Source: a virus. From it: a stretch of DNA of 64,000 bases. A program made the translations under genes and the position numbers. Shown here one piece after another: positions 1-7,724 of the stretch. Location: positions 26,972 to 90,971 of IMG/VR virus record IMGVR_UViG_3300017987_000063, one strand, 5' to 3'. The notes beneath the pieces are model-generated. The model searched no databases. It was not told the origin of the DNA and saw nothing but the letters and a program-made list of their open reading frames with translations. Numbering within the stretch: the first letter of the stretch is position 1; every line of letters begins with the position of its first letter.

Positions 1-112
1 CCTCTTTTTCAGTTTCACCCTCATTTTTAATGCTGGTGCTAACCGAAACTGTGGCAGGGCCTCCATCGCCGGGCTTCTTTACTTTTTCCTGTTTTTCTTT
101 CGCCACTTTCAT
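1..112 (-). CDS. N-terminal part of a hypothetical protein, truncated by the window edge
   Basis: ATG overlaps the stop of 109..588 and follows GGAGG. The frame (MKVAKEKQEK...) stays open to the window edge. Confidence 0.5.
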   Translation of the reverse strand, partial: MKVAKEKQEKVKKPGDGGPATVSVSTSIKNEGETEKE

Positions 113-588
113 CCTCCTCGTATGCCGTTTGGCATTTTATCAAATTCAGCTTTTACAAGCTGCGGGAACGCCGAACTTTTCCATTGGACGTTCCCCTGTT
201 GAGTAAGCGAGACCTTGCGAGCGGTAAGAATAACGTCCACTTGGTCTTCCGTCCACAGCCGGTTCTCGCCATCATCCCGGTAAGTCGCCTCCGGTATGAT
301 GCCGCGAGCCAGCCACACACGCAGTGTCCCTATTTTAATGCCAAGCATTTTCGCAAGGGTTCCATTGCTGTAAACCTTGACCTGCCGACCATTTATGGAA
401 ATATACTTTATCGGCATCGGGCCTCCAGCGCGTCCCCCGCTTGTTGCCGTTTTCGGCTTGGTACGCTCTCGCCACTTGCGTCCCGCCTCAAGCATGCGCT
501 CTCGGTAAGCCTTATCTTCCCGATAACGCCTGCGCCGCTCGGAATTAAGCCGCTCTTTATTCTCATCGTACCACTTTTTCCATCCCAC
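109..588 (-). CDS. MerR-like helix-turn-helix DNA-binding protein
   Basis: YSNGTLAKMLGIKIGTLRVWLARGIIP...NRLWTEDQV matches the MerR/excisionase winged-HTH pattern. It has a GGAGG RBS and its own promoter. Confidence 0.7.
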   Translation of the reverse strand: MGWKKWYDENKERLNSERRRRYREDKAYRERMLEAGRKWRERTKPKTATSGGRAGGPMPIKYISINGRQVKVYSNGTLAKMLGIKIGTLRVWLARGIIPEATYRDDGENRLWTEDQVDVILTARKVSLTQQGNVQWKSSAFPQLVKAEFDKMPNGIRGG

Positions 589-608
589 AGAATCACCTCC
601 TGACTATT

Positions 609-637
609 AGAATAGCATATATATTTAAAAATGTCAA
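609..637 (-). promoter_or_regulatory. sigma70-type promoter, conserved-spacer family
   Basis: TTGACA-17 bp (TTTTTAAATATATATGC)-TATTCT. Confidence 0.75.
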
Positions 638-3222
638 GTCCCTTGCCCTGTTTTTTGCAATTTGGCATAAATAAGTTTCCTGTTAAGCTGCCAGTCTTCG
701 CAAACCGGAAGTTCGGTATCCAGTATATCGGTAACCACAGGCTCCTTTTTCTCCGCATAATCCCTCAGAATCCTTCCCACTGGTTGCTCCACGTCCACCG
801 CCGGAGTCGCCATGAGCAGGGTATCCAGCCTCGGAATATCCAGCCCTTCTTTCGCCATCTGGTATGTCGCCAGCACAATGTGCGCCTCATTCTCGCTAAA
901 CTCCATCATGGTCGCGCTTTCCCCGCCGATGTATCGCCCGACCTTGAGCCAGTCATGCGCCGCCAGCATTTGCTCCAGAATTCCGACCTGCTCGCGCCGC
1001 TCCGTCAACACCAGCACGCTCCGGCCTGCCTTTGCCGCGTTTACAAGCTCTCCGGCGATCATGCGGTTCCTGCTTTCGCGCTTGGCTATGTCGGTAATCA
1101 AAGCAGACCTGCGCTTCTTGTTATACTCCCACAGGCCGGTATTTTTATTCTTGGAGCCATACTTTCGCAGGGTATAAGGGCCGTTAAACCGGATATAACG
1201 AATCTTCGGAGCCAGATACCGGACACCAGACTCGGCGAGAATCGGCCCAATGTGGGCATAAAGCAGGGGCATCATTCCATCCTTCCGGCGAGGGGTAGCC
1301 GTAACCCCCACCCTGTACGTTGAAGGAAACATGGTTATCACCTTCTGCCACTCCGCCGCGCCGTACCGGTGACAATTATGGGCAACTACGCCATTCCCTA
1401 CAAAGTTATGATTCCCCTCAACTGTCAAATCATAAACGTCCCTGCATCCTGCAGGGGTAATGGATTGAATCTGTTTTATACCGCATTTCGGGGATGATAA
1501 AAAGGGCGATTTTTCCGATGAAAATGGCGGACATTCCGGTTCGCATGCTAATATTCCAATGCCTTCCCGTCCAGCGGACTTCGGAAATAATGCCTTTTTC
1601 CTCCAGCCACGCCCTAATAAGCTGATTTTCTTGTTTTGAATACCCCTCAGTATGTAAAGTAACTTGCCCATTTTGAGCGGAGCCATCGTCCATAAACCAC
1701 CAAGCCATTCCTTCATCTGATATATTATTGAGCCATTGTTCAGTAACCCGCTTTTTCCCTGTTTTTCTGCAAATTTCCCAAATTTCTTCCAGAACTGGTT
1801 GCGTTGCAGATACCGCCCGTATAAGCGGCCCTCCCCACCCCCCATTTTCCACCTGTTTAACTTTGAAAGCAAGGCATGATAATTTCTTTGCCTTATAAAA
1901 TACCCAAGCCGCCTGTCGGATACTGTGCTGAAACAGTAATCGAGGCCCCCGCGCTGTCCTGTGGGGTCTATTAATACACCCATCTCCCAACAAGGTACCG
2001 AGAATAAGCCCTTTAATGCCCTTAATATCTTTGCACTCAATGACACCTCGCCGGTTATGCCCCAATTTATATTCAGGCCAGTCAATCTTTTTACACCGCT
2101 TCTTTTTATAATATTCCCAATCCAATTCAATACGCTCGCCGCACCCGCATTTACAATATGGGGCAGTTGCTTTCCATATTTCAATCCTTTCCACCCAGTC
2201 AACCCTTCTCCGTAAATCTCTCGTGTGTCCCTGTAACCGCCTTCGCTCCCTACCCCGCGCATCAAATTTGAACAGTGTTTTTCCACATCCGCAGGCGCAC
2301 TCAATAAGAACATTTTCGGCTTTAGCTCTCGCGCCTCTCGCCATCCATCTACTGTCAACACTCGATGCTCCGGCGTACATATCACGCTCGTCCCGTCCGT
2401 AAACTGGATTTTCAGGGTCTGCCGCTTTCCTCTCGGTAACCATGCCAATATTCTCCTATACTCAAAGGTAGATCGTGTTTCATTGAATGATAGCACTAAA
2501 GAGGCTTTTTCGCAACTAGCTATTGGCATACTCCCTTGTTCGGTTATAACCCTCGTATCCCCTGCCACGCACTCGTCAAAGATAACAGTCCCGAACTCCC
2601 TGAATAACTGCTCCGGATAGGCTTCCCTCCCCCGCTCGACCAGCGATTGAATCATGGCCACCGCGACCTTAACATCGCTTCCCCACTCGCACCTGTCCTG
2701 CTGGATAAGCCCTATTTCCTCCCGCGCAAGCCCGCAAAAGCTCTGAAAAGTTTCAACCCACTGGTTGTATAAAAATTCTTTATGCACCAGAACGACCGGT
2801 TTCCTGCCAAGTTTCGCCGCAATATCCGCTCCCACTACTGTTTTACCGAAGCCCGGCGGAGCGCAAAGGATGCCTCCATGACACCCGCTGCCTATTCCTT
2901 CATGAAGCTCCCGCAGGAAACTGTCCCGCACCTTGACCTGCGCCCCCCTGTGCTTCCACGCGCTTGCCTTTAGCTCGTCAAAGGTAAATCCAGCCGCCGC
3001 CCCAATAACCGTCTTATCCTGCACCCTATCCTTCGTGGTGTTCGCCAGTAAATCATATCCGAACACGCGGGGCAGACACAAATAGCCGTTCTCCTCCTGC
3101 CATCCGTAGACCTCGGTTTGCTCTTGGGTCATGTAATCGGTAATGGTGAACGTAAGACGGGGTTTGATTATGCTTTCGATAAACCAGCCTTTCGGTCGCC
3201 GCAAGCGCAGCCATTCGGCCAT
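634..3222 (-). CDS. SF2 (DExH, UvsW/ResIII-like) helicase containing an intein
   Basis: Motifs APPGFGKT, DE|CH, TATP and EGLDIPRLD...QPVGRILR. The likely start is MAEWLR after GGAAGGAG; the ORF track runs to 3429. Confidence 0.9.
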   Translation of the reverse strand: MAEWLRLRRPKGWFIESIIKPRLTFTITDYMTQEQTEVYGWQEENGYLCLPRVFGYDLLANTTKDRVQDKTVIGAAAGFTFDELKASAWKHRGAQVKVRDSFLRELHEGIGSGCHGGILCAPPGFGKTVVGADIAAKLGRKPVVLVHKEFLYNQWVETFQSFCGLAREEIGLIQQDRCEWGSDVKVAVAMIQSLVERGREAYPEQLFREFGTVIFDECVAGDTRVITEQGSMPIASCEKASLVLSFNETRSTFEYRRILAWLPRGKRQTLKIQFTDGTSVICTPEHRVLTVDGWREARELKPKMFLLSAPADVEKHCSNLMRGVGSEGGYRDTREIYGEGLTGWKGLKYGKQLPHIVNAGAASVLNWIGNIIKRSGVKRLTGLNINWGITGEVSLSAKILRALKGLFSVPCWEMGVLIDPTGQRGGLDYCFSTVSDRRLGYFIRQRNYHALLSKLNRWKMGGGEGRLYGRYLQRNQFWKKFGKFAEKQGKSGLLNNGSIIYQMKEWLGGLWTMAPLKMGKLLYILRGIQNKKISLLGRGWRKKALFPKSAGREGIGILACEPECPPFSSEKSPFLSSPKCGIKQIQSITPAGCRDVYDLTVEGNHNFVGNGVVAHNCHRYGAAEWQKVITMFPSTYRVGVTATPRRKDGMMPLLYAHIGPILAESGVRYLAPKIRYIRFNGPYTLRKYGSKNKNTGLWEYNKKRRSALITDIAKRESRNRMIAGELVNAAKAGRSVLVLTERREQVGILEQMLAAHDWLKVGRYIGGESATMMEFSENEAHIVLATYQMAKEGLDIPRLDTLLMATPAVDVEQPVGRILRDYAEKKEPVVTDILDTELPVCEDWQLNRKLIYAKLQKTGQGT
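1375..2571 (-). mobile_element. Intein (399 aa) in the helicase DECH motif
   Basis: Begins CVAGDT, has block B TPEHRVLT, and ends VYDLTVEGNHNFVGNGVVAHN followed by Cys +1. Splicing restores FDECHR. Confidence 0.92.
1430..2443 (-). CDS. LAGLIDADG homing endonuclease in an alternative frame nested within the helicase intein
   Basis: ILGTLLGDG and WWFMDDGS motifs, LHTEGYSKQE, and N-terminal CxCGCG repeats. AGGAG lies 9 nt upstream of the ATG at 2443. Confidence 0.85.
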   Translation of the reverse strand: MVTERKAADPENPVYGRDERDMYAGASSVDSRWMARGARAKAENVLIECACGCGKTLFKFDARGRERRRLQGHTRDLRRRVDWVERIEIWKATAPYCKCGCGERIELDWEYYKKKRCKKIDWPEYKLGHNRRGVIECKDIKGIKGLILGTLLGDGCINRPHRTARGPRLLFQHSIRQAAWVFYKAKKLSCLAFKVKQVENGGWGGPLIRAVSATQPVLEEIWEICRKTGKKRVTEQWLNNISDEGMAWWFMDDGSAQNGQVTLHTEGYSKQENQLIRAWLEEKGIISEVRWTGRHWNISMRTGMSAIFIGKIALFIIPEMRYKTDSIHYPCRMQGRL

Positions 3223-3299
3223 CTTGTTATCAGTCGCTCCTTCCAGCCCGCGCCGCGCAAGCTCTGCATCGCGCCCGACCAGTCCCCCGTAGCCTTTTC

Positions 3300-6206
3300 T
3301 TATGCTTTTGCCTCTTTCCATGTCACTCCATGCCCTACATCCGCAATCAGGGGCAATTTCAAGGTAACGCATGTCTCCATAATACCCTTTAATTCCCTTG
3401 CCACTATCTCCGCTTTGTCCTCCGGGCACTCCACCAGAATTTCATCATGCACCTGTAAAATCTGTCTCGCGCCCCATTTGGATTGTTTTTTAAAGAAATT
3501 GCGCTGTGCAATCTTGACCATATCCGCCGCGCTGTTATGCACTACCAGCCCATTTGCCATAAATCTGCTCGTAGGACTGTTTAAGGCATCATACATCCGT
3601 ATTTTCTCGCCTGTAAAAATCACCCTTTTAACCCTGTTACAATTTCCTTGTATATTTCCATATTTAGCTAGACCGGACTGCCCTTGTACTGCCATCCTAT
3701 TTTTCGAAGGGTTCAAAAATCCAATCCTTTTTATAAAATCAAGATTGAATTTTGTGGATACCTGCACCACTGTCCTGTCATCTGGATAGTGTCGGACGCG
3801 GGAGCGAATCCCGAAAAGTAACAACGCCTGCTGCACGTCCCTTGCCCACTTTTCTTTATATTTATGCTTTCCAAAAACCAGAGTAATAGCCTTTCCCGAT
3901 ACCCCCCCATCACCATCAAAAAGTCCTCTTAAATAGCCGGAAATAGCCTCATAAGATGTTAAAACATTCCACGGAATCCCCCTCTTAACCCCCAATAACA
4001 AAGCATCTCGCGCCAGCATAGCGGAATCTACATACAGCCAGTAAATATTCTGTTTTCCCTTCCTTTTATGTGTCCACTCTCTGACTTTTCCGAATGGTGT
4101 CAGGGCTTTTTTTAGCTTGTTTAAAAGTCCTCTCTCATGCTCCGCTACCAGCCAGCCGACCGCTTTTTCGGGGGAAATTGTACCATCCGAAGCCAACCTG
4201 CCCAAAAGCATCCCTAAAGTAACATCGTCTTTAATTAAAGAAAAAGAAAGCTGTTTATCGTTTGCTACCCCTTTAATCGCTTTCCAATGTGTTTTTCGCG
4301 GGTTTATAGGCCACCTTTTTTCAAATTTAAAACCAACCTCCACGCCATTGCCCGTTAAAAGCCTCTCTACCGCCTTAAACTCTTTTGGAGTTTTCCACAA
4401 TTTATGCCCCGCCTCATTTACAGTTAAAAAACAATGGTCTGGACTACAGATTATTTTATTCCCATCGTAAAAATCCACGATTACCTTATCCTTTAGGCCA
4501 GAATCTACTACCTCCACAGGCACATACTTGTTTCCATCCCACAATTCAATATTTTTTCCCGCCTGCCTTTCCATGCAAGTCATACCTATACCCCTTGCAA
4601 AAATACGAGTATCGCCCCCCAAACATCCCTGAATTATACTGTTAATGGCCTGCCGCTGCTCCGCCCATTTTCGCTTTCCTTTTAACTTGAGCCAGTCGGG
4701 GAACCTGCGCCTCCGGCCTGTAACCGTGGAAACATACTGCTGCTTATCGAGAATCATCGCCACCCGATCATGGAACCTTTTTACTCCTTTGTAAGCGGTA
4801 AAATAGCGGTTCCGCATCTCCACAGCCTTCTCATCCGTCACATCCGGCGGTTGGCGACTCTTGAGCCTGTAAGTGTTTAACTGGCGAGCCAGCGTCGGCC
4901 CGCTCATCCCGTAAATGAGCCCGAAGTTTACTGTTTTACCCTGCTGTCTGGTACACCCACAAAAGTCCCCTGTCCGCTGGTGTACGTCCTCACCCTTGAG
5001 ATAGGCTTCCATCAGCAGCGGGTCTTGCGACCAGTGCGCCATCAGTCGTAGCTCCAACTGGCTGAAATCCGCGCACACAAACTTATGCCCCTGCTTGGCC
5101 TTAAACAGTACCCGCAAAAGCTCGCGCTCAATATTCTGCATATTAGGGTCTTTACTCGCGAGCCGCCCGCTAACTGTCCCTGTGTGCAGGAAGGTAGAGC
5201 GTATCCGACCATCGTTTACCGCCGCCCACTCCTTCAACGGCAGCAGGAAACTGTTAATCATGTGGCTCTTACCGCGCCACTCAATAATCTCCCAAAATAA
5301 AGGGTCGTCAAACTGAAAAGCCAGCAGAACGTTCGCCGCCGTAGACCACTCGCCGGACGCGGTCTGCTTCATCCAATCCTTCGGCTTAAATTTAAGGTCG
5401 TCAAAAAGTATCTTGCTCAACTGCTGCGTCGAGCCTATATTAAACGCTTTCCCCGCCTTTTTATAAATCTCTGTCTCGTGTGCCTTGATTTGGGCCTGAA
5501 GGTCGTCAATCATGGCATCCGCCGCCGGAACGTCCAGCATAACACCCGCAAGCTCCATATCGGCAAGCACCCAAACATACTCCATTTCAAGGGTATTAAA
5601 AACTTTCCACAGCTTTTGCTCAACCAGCGCAGGGTAGTATTTATCCCATAACAGGAGAGGAGCCCGCACGTCCTCGCAGGCATATTCCAGCATTTTTTCG
5701 CTGCTGTCCTCAAAAAGATTCCCCGCGCTCGCCTTTTCATACCCCACCATATTAAGGTCAAGATGGTCTTTCGCGCAGGGCTTCAGGCCATGTCGCTTCC
5801 GGTTCTCGTCCAGCAGCCAGTCCGCTATCATGGTATCCCGCAACACCCACCCGATGTTAATCCCCTCAAACCCATGCTCCAGTTTTAACCGCTTGTTATG
5901 AATAACCAGACACTCAATATCAAACTTTAAATTATGCCCCACAACCGCCCTGTCGCAGGCGAATACCTCTTTAAGGGTAGTCATAGCCTCCAGCAGGGAA
6001 AAAGGCCCGTGTGCGGGTTTTAGGGCTACATAATACTGGTCTTCCTCTACCCCGAAGGCGAAGCTTGCAAGCTCGTTCCTGAAGGGGTCGAGTTTAGCCG
6101 CCTTATTAGGCCCCTCGCACTCCACGTCGAAGCTAAAAATATCGGCTTTAAGGAGCCGCTCCTTTAACTGGAGCAGCCCCTCTGCCGTTGTTACGTTATG
6201 TTTCAT
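3300..6206 (-). CDS. polA: Family A DNA polymerase (3'-5' exonuclease plus polymerase) containing an intein
   Basis: Exonuclease motifs FDVE and GHNLKFD, SGRLASKDPNMQN, motif A ADFSQLELR, motif B KTVNFGLIYG, motif C QVHDE. Confidence 0.95.
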   Translation of the reverse strand: MKHNVTTAEGLLQLKERLLKADIFSFDVECEGPNKAAKLDPFRNELASFAFGVEEDQYYVALKPAHGPFSLLEAMTTLKEVFACDRAVVGHNLKFDIECLVIHNKRLKLEHGFEGINIGWVLRDTMIADWLLDENRKRHGLKPCAKDHLDLNMVGYEKASAGNLFEDSSEKMLEYACEDVRAPLLLWDKYYPALVEQKLWKVFNTLEMEYVWVLADMELAGVMLDVPAADAMIDDLQAQIKAHETEIYKKAGKAFNIGSTQQLSKILFDDLKFKPKDWMKQTASGEWSTAANVLLAFQFDDPLFWEIIEWRGKSHMINSFLLPLKEWAAVNDGRIRSTFLHTGTVSGRLASKDPNMQNIERELLRVLFKAKQGHKFVCADFSQLELRLMAHWSQDPLLMEAYLKGEDVHQRTGDFCGCTRQQGKTVNFGLIYGMSGPTLARQLNTYRLKSRQPPDVTDEKAVEMRNRYFTAYKGVKRFHDRVAMILDKQQYVSTVTGRRRRFPDWLKLKGKRKWAEQRQAINSIIQGCLGGDTRIFARGIGMTCMERQAGKNIELWDGNKYVPVEVVDSGLKDKVIVDFYDGNKIICSPDHCFLTVNEAGHKLWKTPKEFKAVERLLTGNGVEVGFKFEKRWPINPRKTHWKAIKGVANDKQLSFSLIKDDVTLGMLLGRLASDGTISPEKAVGWLVAEHERGLLNKLKKALTPFGKVREWTHKRKGKQNIYWLYVDSAMLARDALLLGVKRGIPWNVLTSYEAISGYLRGLFDGDGGVSGKAITLVFGKHKYKEKWARDVQQALLLFGIRSRVRHYPDDRTVVQVSTKFNLDFIKRIGFLNPSKNRMAVQGQSGLAKYGNIQGNCNRVKRVIFTGEKIRMYDALNSPTSRFMANGLVVHNSAADMVKIAQRNFFKKQSKWGARQILQVHDEILVECPEDKAEIVARELKGIMETCVTLKLPLIADVGHGVTWKEAKA
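3534..4625 (-). mobile_element. Intein (364 aa) with in-frame LAGLIDADG endonuclease in PolA
   Basis: IIQG|CLGGDT...GLVVHN|SAAD, with LGRLASDG and LRGLFDGDG motifs. Confidence 0.92.
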
Positions 6207-6595
6207 GCGTTCAGTAGTTTTGCTACCTCAGAGAGCAGCGACTTGTCTATCGCAATGAACTGCATCGCCGGTTCGCTCTGTACGTTAATGGTAAGCACTT
6301 TATGCTTCGTTAGAGCCTCAACCACCGTTCGCATATCCTTGACGTTGATATAACCCTCACTCAACGCGCCACCAATTGATTTAACGGGAACTCGCGCTCC
6401 ACCAATTCCGGTCGGCGGAGTTATTTCTGTGCGACTGTAGTCTTTGGTTTTTCCATTTTCTTCCATTGGATACATCCTTTCAGTAATCCACTTGTCCGGA
6501 ATCGCCTGCCCCGGCATCGCCACTGCCTTTACCCTCTTTATCCCAAGGGTCTCCCTCGCCGACTCCGAGAGCCGCCATATCGCGCTCGACCTCAA
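6203..6595 (-). CDS. Hypothetical protein; true start probably internal (MEENGK)
   Basis: Fills the gap between SSB and polA, and its stop overlaps the polA start. Confidence 0.55.
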   Translation of the reverse strand: MRSSAIWRLSESARETLGIKRVKAVAMPGQAIPDKWITERMYPMEENGKTKDYSRTEITPPTGIGGARVPVKSIGGALSEGYINVKDMRTVVEALTKHKVLTINVQSEPAMQFIAIDKSLLSEVAKLLNA

Positions 6596-7142
6596 ACGCT
6601 TCCAGCGGCTTGAACATTTTCATAAAATCGAAGGGCTCCACATCCTTGAGCGTCGCTATATCGAATTTACCTTCGAAATCGAAGCTGCCGCCCACGCGAG
6701 CGGTCTTTTCGTCCGCCCTGTAAGCCTCATACTTGAGCCCCTTCAGACTGCCCCGCTTTTCCTGCTGGTCTCGCAACCACTTGAGCGTCCTGCTCTTGGC
6801 CGCGAATATCCGCTTGGAACCGGTGGCATGCTCGACCCCGTTTTTATCGGTATAAGGAGTCAAATCCTGAATGGTAATCATGCCGACATAATAGGGCTTG
6901 TTCCCTATTTTGCACAGCGGGCAACCCTGCCGAAGACAGGTAAAATAATTGCCCCAAGAGCCATTCGCGTAAAGATGATGCTCGTAGAAGCAGAGCGGTT
7001 CAGACTCAAGAAAAACTATCATCCTTTTTTCGCCTTCCTTGAGCCAGAAGCGAGGCTGGAATTTACCCTTTTCCTTATCCATCGCCTCATCCAAGCCGTT
7101 GTAACCGGTATCAAACCAGTCTTTTCCCTTGCCATTTCCCAT
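6480..7142 (-). CDS. Phage single-stranded DNA-binding protein (gp32-like, zinc-binding)
   Basis: PRFWLKEGE start, H..H/CxxxxCPLC motif, acidic C-terminal tail ending in DY, and position next to polA. Confidence 0.7.
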   Translation of the reverse strand: MGNGKGKDWFDTGYNGLDEAMDKEKGKFQPRFWLKEGEKRMIVFLESEPLCFYEHHLYANGSWGNYFTCLRQGCPLCKIGNKPYYVGMITIQDLTPYTDKNGVEHATGSKRIFAAKSRTLKWLRDQQEKRGSLKGLKYEAYRADEKTARVGGSFDFEGKFDIATLKDVEPFDFMKMFKPLEAFEVERDMAALGVGEGDPWDKEGKGSGDAGAGDSGQVDY

Positions 7143-7318
7143 CGTGTACCTCCTTGACCTTTCGGTCGTAAAATTTAGACCTTACGGTCTTTAATACTCG
7201 CCGGGTATCGGGAGCGCACCTGCGGGCCACCCCGTCCCTTAACACCCGGCGACCTACTCATTTGCACGACGAGGACTGGACAGGTACTTTCCGTGCAGGC
7301 CGGTGCCGCCTGTATAGA

Positions 7319-7347
7319 ATAATAACTCATATTTTCTTAAATGTCAA
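7319..7347 (-). promoter_or_regulatory. sigma70-type promoter for the SSB-polA operon
   Basis: TTGACA-17 bp-TATTAT followed by a ~170 nt structured leader. Confidence 0.65.
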
Positions 7348-7724
7348 GCCCCCTCCTGAAATAAATTCATCTGTTTATCAAGAAAATCGCCCTGCTTGAA
7401 TGCCTCATCATAAAACACCTTGCGGTCAACACTATTCCCGTTCGGATGCACAAATTCCTCCCCCCTGCAAGCCTCTTCATAATCATCGTGGCTGCTTCCA
7501 CAATCCATGCACTCCCAATGGTGGACGTGTTTACATTCCAGCTTAAAATATTCCCCGCCGTATGTCCATGCGGCCACCTCCATATCTGTCTCACCGCAAT
7601 CGGGACAGTCCACCATCCCTTCAAGCTCCGAAATAATGGCCTGTATGTCCTTCGGAATATCGCCATTATCCTGCGGTCTTTTTATGGTGCCCTTTTCAAT
7701 CAATCGCCATCTTTCCTTGTCCAT
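7344..7724 (-). CDS. Hypothetical Cys-rich (zinc-ribbon) protein
   Basis: CPDC and CMDC pairs, with a GGAGG RBS. Confidence 0.6.
   Translation of the reverse strand: MDKERWRLIEKGTIKRPQDNGDIPKDIQAIISELEGMVDCPDCGETDMEVAAWTYGGEYFKLECKHVHHWECMDCGSSHDDYEEACRGEEFVHPNGNSVDRKVFYDEAFKQGDFLDKQMNLFQEGA

Noticed and set aside
7263-7310. Possible HDV-like ribozyme (UCCUCGU resembles loop L3)
   Set aside because: The flanking bases cannot form P3, and no P1/P2 nesting could be built.
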